Positions 33,201 to 37,963 of a DNA stretch of 37,963 nt are shown here, in pieces; the first letter of the stretch is position 1; each line of letters begins with the position of its first letter. Both the position numbers and the translations under genes were made by a program. The notes under the pieces were generated by a model, which was given only the letters and a program-made list of their open reading frames with translations, searched no databases and had not been told where the DNA came from. This stretch comes from Seison nebaliae (lineage: Eukaryota): the NCBI GenBank assembly GCA_023231475.1, contig JALJEE010000063.1:1-37963 (forward strand), in the 5' to 3' direction.

Positions 33201-36025
33201 AATTTCGATTTGAAATTACTATTCTGTTTCTCATACATCAATTCTCGTTGTTTGGGTAATTTATATTGTCGATGGAATAAAGCGAAGAGAAATGAATTCA
33301 TATTGACATTATATACACTTCGCACTTTCTTCACTATCGTCTTACACATATGATTCAAATGACGACTATTCAATTCTGTTATTTTCAATTCGTTCTCATA
33401 TAAACTCTTCAAATTTTTAATTCCTTCCCAAATATTGTTCGAAATGATTTCTTCATTCATTTCCATCGTTCGATGACTTTCTTCAAAATCCGTCGTCATA
33501 CGACGATGAAGATATTGAGCATATTCTTTCAGGACATTCTCTTGTGAATTATGATAATAATCTTTGAAATGTTGAGCGATACACATGTTGTCAGTACATC
33601 GATTGAAATAGAATTCTTTCGAACATATCGGAACATTCGGATGTGGAATACTCACTAAACTTTTCGATAATAAATTGTCATATAATTTATCTTCAGATAC
33701 GAATCGATATGATCGAAACATCGATAACAATGAAACATATTTCGTATTTTTACTAAATCTCATTAACTTTCGAGAAGTTTTCTTATTCTCCAAAAATCTC
33801 ACCAAATTATTTCCTGTTGACCAGTTGAATGACGATGATTTGTTCTCATCGAATTCTCTCAAATAATCGGAAAAATTAGATTTAGTATAACGTACTTTAT
33901 TCGTATAAATATTCCTATAAATATCGCCATTCATGTTCTTCTTCAATTGATTGCGATTGTCAATGAAATTGATCAAGTTCTCTTTCGATATAAATTTATG
34001 ATGAGAAATATTTAAAAAGAAATTTTTGTTACAATAAATTTGTAAATCTCTGGAAATCTTATTTTTTGATTCTTCTTCGAATTCCTCATAACGTTTCTGA
34101 CGTAACATCTTTTTCATTTCTAACTCGACTTTATTCTCTTCATCTTTCATCAATTTCAATTGACTCGTTAACTTCCTTCGATTGTCAATTGAATTTGTAT
34201 AATTTTTATGAATTTCTTTATATTCATTCCTCGCAACAATCACTTGACTTTTCGCTTCAATTCGATCATTCTTTAATTGTAATCTTTGTTGTTGCAATTT
34301 TTGAATTTCTTTCGATATCTCTCCCAATTGTTTTTCAAATGAAAATAAAGTTTTCTTCGATGAAGTGAATTCTCTTAATAATTTTTCCTTCTTATCACTC
34401 AAACCATTCAATTGTTGTTGTTGTTGATTAACCTTCTCAACGAGAATATTTTTCGCTTTTTGTTTCCGTTTCAATTCCGTTTGTTTCAATAGAAAACGAT
34501 CATTTTCCCGTTTTTTTCTTACAGATTCTGGTATAGAATTCTCTTTTAATGTTTTCATATTATTATTTTGAATTTTTGGTCTTATCACTTTCTTTTCTGG
34601 TATTTCCTCTTGGAAATAAGAAGCTGACAAATTATAAAGTAATTGAATCTCTTTCGCTCTCTCCAATTGGCGATTGGAGAATGTGATTTGATTCTTATTC
34701 GATTCCACTAATTGATGAGAATCATCTAATAATTTCTTTATTCGATTTTCTAATTTATTTTCTTCTTCGATTAATTGTTGACGATAAAATTCTAAACTTT
34801 CTTCTTCCTCGTCTAATTCGTCGATGATTTCCAGTATTAATGATGGTTCTTCCTCAACTTCTTCAATATAATCCGTTTTTTCTTCTGGAAGAAATTTTGG
34901 AAAGTTATCTACTTTCGAGTTCTCTTCAATATTCATTTTAGGATGAACAAGATATTTTGGAGAATTAACTTCATCAATCCACATATCTTCCACAATTTTA
35001 CATGTTTCATTCATTTTCGATTCAATTATTTGAACATTCTTCGAATGATAATTCTCTTCATCATATTCTTTCCCAGAAGATTCATAATGATCATTTTTCT
35101 CATTTTCTTCATTGAATTCTCGTGAATTATCTTCCAAATTTTGTTGTTGTTCATTTTCTAATCGTTTTAACAATAAACGTTTTCTTATTTCTTCTTCGAC
35201 CTTTGTCAATTCGTAATTTTCATGATAAGTTGTCGATTCTGGTTCAGTGGATGTTTGAGAAGATGATGAGGGTGATAACGGTTCTGATATATCAAAACTG
35301 GACGTATTTTCTGATACCAATGTCAATCGTTGTTTAGTTCGATCGTCTCGGTCAATAAATCGATAATCTCTATCTTGTTGATCTAATAATTGATCGAAAT
35401 CGAACATCTTTTTCTCTATCTTCATATTCGTCTTATCAATTAAATTATTGGATGATGAATTATAAAGATTATTGTTTGGATTTGTCACTCCGTAATGAGG
35501 ATTGTATATCATATGATTGTTACATGGATTGGGTAATAAAACTAATCCGCGATTTTCTTTACGTGTCTTCAGAATATTCGTCTTCTGAAATAATTCCATT
35601 TGGCGAGATGTCTTTATATGATGTATTCCATTATGACGATCCATAGGATGGGATTTGAATAAAGGTGGAAGATCCGATGATGATACAATCAAATTATTAG
35701 TAAGTGAATGATGAGTATGATGATAATTATTCCCTAATAACATCGGTTGTTGAGGTCGAGGATATTTGGGTGGAAATGAAGGAGCATCCGTTAATAATGG
35801 TCGTTTAATGGAAGGATTAAGTAACGGTTTTTGATCATTAAATAAACTTGGTGGATTAGGAATATGTAACGATTTATTATCGGAATAATATGGAATATCG
35901 CTATGATAATGAAAACCATTTAATGGATAATTTATCATCGTCTCCTTACCCATCATTGCCGCGTCATAATCATCATCAATAATTTCACCTTCTTCTACTT
36001 CCGAATCTTCATCCACCATCGTCAT
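30267..36025 (-). CDS. ZFC3H1: ZFC3H1-like (PAXT nuclear exosome adaptor; Red1-like); about 5-kb first exon plus short 3' exons, last exon uncertain
   Basis: N-terminal EVEEGEIIDDD, a Pro-rich segment and a long coiled coil, then YVSLLSMFRSYRF followed by C.KE....C.D..C..QH..DY (zf-C3H1). The helical C-terminus has HAT-like LWIRYL. Intron 31064-31011 bypasses the ORF-track stop, then intron 30764-30674 follows. Further GTT donors near 30633 and 30460 are tentative, as is the stop at 30269-30267. Confidence 0.78.
32532..32609. repeat. perfect 39-bp tandem duplication inside the ZFC3H1-like CDS
   Basis: TTATCATTATTTTCATTTGAATTTCCTATTTTTTTCAAA at 32532-32570 and 32571-32609; it encodes LKKIGNSNENNDN twice. 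Confidence 0.95.
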
Positions 36026-36706
36026 GACTTCATCAAATTAATTACGATCTATTTATTAACAAGGAAATAAAAACTTTTCACATTAGAAGTAAAAAGATTT
36101 AGTTGTCAGTTAAAATTATTGTTTAACAATGTCAACTCGCTCAGTTTACACAAAAACCAATTAATACAAACGATATACATAAACTGAATGAATTTTTTAA
36201 TTCAATTTTATTTCGAATTTTTAAGCTTTCCAACTATCATGCTTCTTGATCTTATAAATACATATGCGCAAATGATAAGAACTACATATTTCTGTCATAT
36301 TTATATCCTTCTTTCATATCCGCCGTAACATTATCGTTGATATGGATGTACAACGAGGAAAACTTAAAATTTCACCTGTCAACTAATCATTCTACTAAAA
36401 TTTGTGTAATTTAAAATTTTGGCTTTGTATATTTAGAATCGAGGTAAATATTTATTAATAAATAATAGAATATAAATAAAATCAATAATTTGGAGTAGTA
36501 GGGAAATGAAATTTGGCAAAACTCAGAAAACGTAAATTCCTCACAGAAATTTATCTTTCATCATTCATTGAATAAAAAATTATTTTTTTAAGAAGAGCAA
36601 TTCATGTGCTTTCAAATGAACTATAATTTTTTTTAAATTAGAAATCCTCGAGATTAGAATCCTGAACGTAAAATTAACAAATAAAAATCAAAGAAACAAC
36701 GATTAA

Positions 36707-37418
36707 GGCAAATTATCGGAAGGACAAAAAACGATTAGGACAAATTATCATCAGGACAAACAGAAATGAGGAAAGACCTTTGACGATATTTATTTTTTCC
36801 AATTATAACATAAAATTTACCATTTAATTTGATCAAATTATTATACCACCCGAATCTTTTGGAATAAGAGATACTTCAGATGTTTCGATATTTGGATGAT
36901 ATATTTTCGTATGTTGACGCATGTAACTGACAGTGATACTTTTAATTAATTTCCCACATAATGAGCCATTGGCAATTATTTGACAATCACAATCCTTTCC
37001 ATTAGATGTCAATTTGAAATTTTTCCTAGGACGACCAATGTTAAAAAAGAGAGGATGGAAATGGATGCGAATATTAAAAAATGAATGAAGAGAAGTATTT
37101 TCTTAAATTATAAATGTTAACTCAAGTTGAGTTAGTGTTAAATGGATTGAATTGATAATAACTGGAGAAATCACGACGTTAGACACTGCGGTTCGTTTTT
37201 CCCACATTAAATTTTATGGTTACATTTTATATGATTATTAATTATAATTTTTTTAGATTGTCGTTTGTCCCGATTGTCGCATGTTCTATTTTTAGTATGA
37301 ACTTTCAAAAATTTCTTCAAAAAAATTTTGAACTAGCAAAAACTTATAAAAACTCGGTTGTCTTTTCTTCAGGTTGTCTTTCGTCCAGATTATTTTTCGT
37401 CCAGATTATCTTGTCCAG
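36707..37418. repeat. three short 16-bp-period arrays, the left one in opposite orientation to the two on the right
   Basis: GGACAAA at 36722, 36738 and 36754; GATTGTCG at 37256 and 37272; GGTTGTCTTT at 37356 and 37372; TCGTCCAGATTAT at 37381 and 37397. Reverse-complemented, the right-hand units read GGAC(A/G)AA.....ATC, like the left ones. Confidence 0.6.
36833..37039 (-). mobile_element. BED-type zinc-finger fragment, probable hAT transposase 5' relic (not in the ORF track)
   Basis: Open frame IGRPRKNFKLTSNGKDCDCQIIANGSLCGKLIKSITVSYMRQHTKIYHPNIE..*, with F..C-x8-CGK..H-x4-HP BED spacing. It begins with ATT rather than ATG. Confidence 0.62.
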
Positions 37419-37963
37419 TTATGAAAATATGAAAATATGAATATCTTGTATAGTAAAGTGAACTATATCCGTGCGAACTATTTGGGTGAAAGAATGAGGA
37501 AGGAGGTCTTTGGAGATGAGTGAGTTTCCGATTAATCAATTATACTTGCTAATTTCTCTTCATTCAGTTTTTCAGTTTTCCTCAAATAATTTATCCAGAA
37601 ATAATACCATGTAGAACTTTTAATGCTCTAGCTGATTATATACAGCTTTTTCGAGCATTTTTTAGTTTTTTCTCAATTTTTCTTGAAAAAATGGTAAAAT
37701 TTCTACATTTTTCACAAAATGGCGTCATATTTCAACAAAAATCGAGAAAAATGCTCGTTACATTTTCGTTGATAAAATCATGAATATTGATCCAAACTGT
37801 TTGACTTTTTGAATATAGGTTAACAATTAATAAGGATTTTTTTCTACATAGTTACTTCAAGAATCTGTGCACTTTTAAGTGCGCTCAAATACGTGCATAG
37901 TTTGCGCTATAAACTGCACGAAAAGTAATGCTTCAGTATTTCCAAAATCGTTGAAAATTTACA

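Overview
Very AT-rich, gene-dense eukaryotic DNA, most likely from a compact-genome invertebrate animal (inferred from a class A GPCR and HHAT-, USP6NL/RN-tre- and ZFC3H1-like genes; the species cannot be determined from sequence alone). By hand-splicing the ORF fragments I reconstruct 11 genes: HHAT-like MBOAT (-), cpRas1-like Zn-finger/vWA protein (-), USP6NL/RN-tre-like TBC RabGAP (-), small C2H2 protein (-), ADCK5-like (+), NDUFAF7 (+), SUEL-lectin-like type I membrane protein (+), atypical class A GPCR (-), pseudokinase (-), RDH11/12/13-like SDR (+) and ZFC3H1-like (-). A probable partial gene sits at the left edge, and decayed DNA-transposon pieces (Tc1/IS630-like, hAT-like, BED finger) lie at 5.4-6.8 kb and 36-38 kb. 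The strongest unusual signal is the splicing code. Of 32 introns whose junctions I could fix by reading frame and protein motifs, 31 begin GTT, one begins GTG and none begins GTA. The usual +4A/+5G consensus is essentially absent, RAG acceptors are frequent, and lengths cluster sharply at 44-48 nt. The second is a let-7-like sequence in the 3.6-kb non-coding gap, whose complementary arm lies about 150 nt away, making it a candidate giant-loop pre-miRNA. All family calls are motif recognition by eye; no database search was run.
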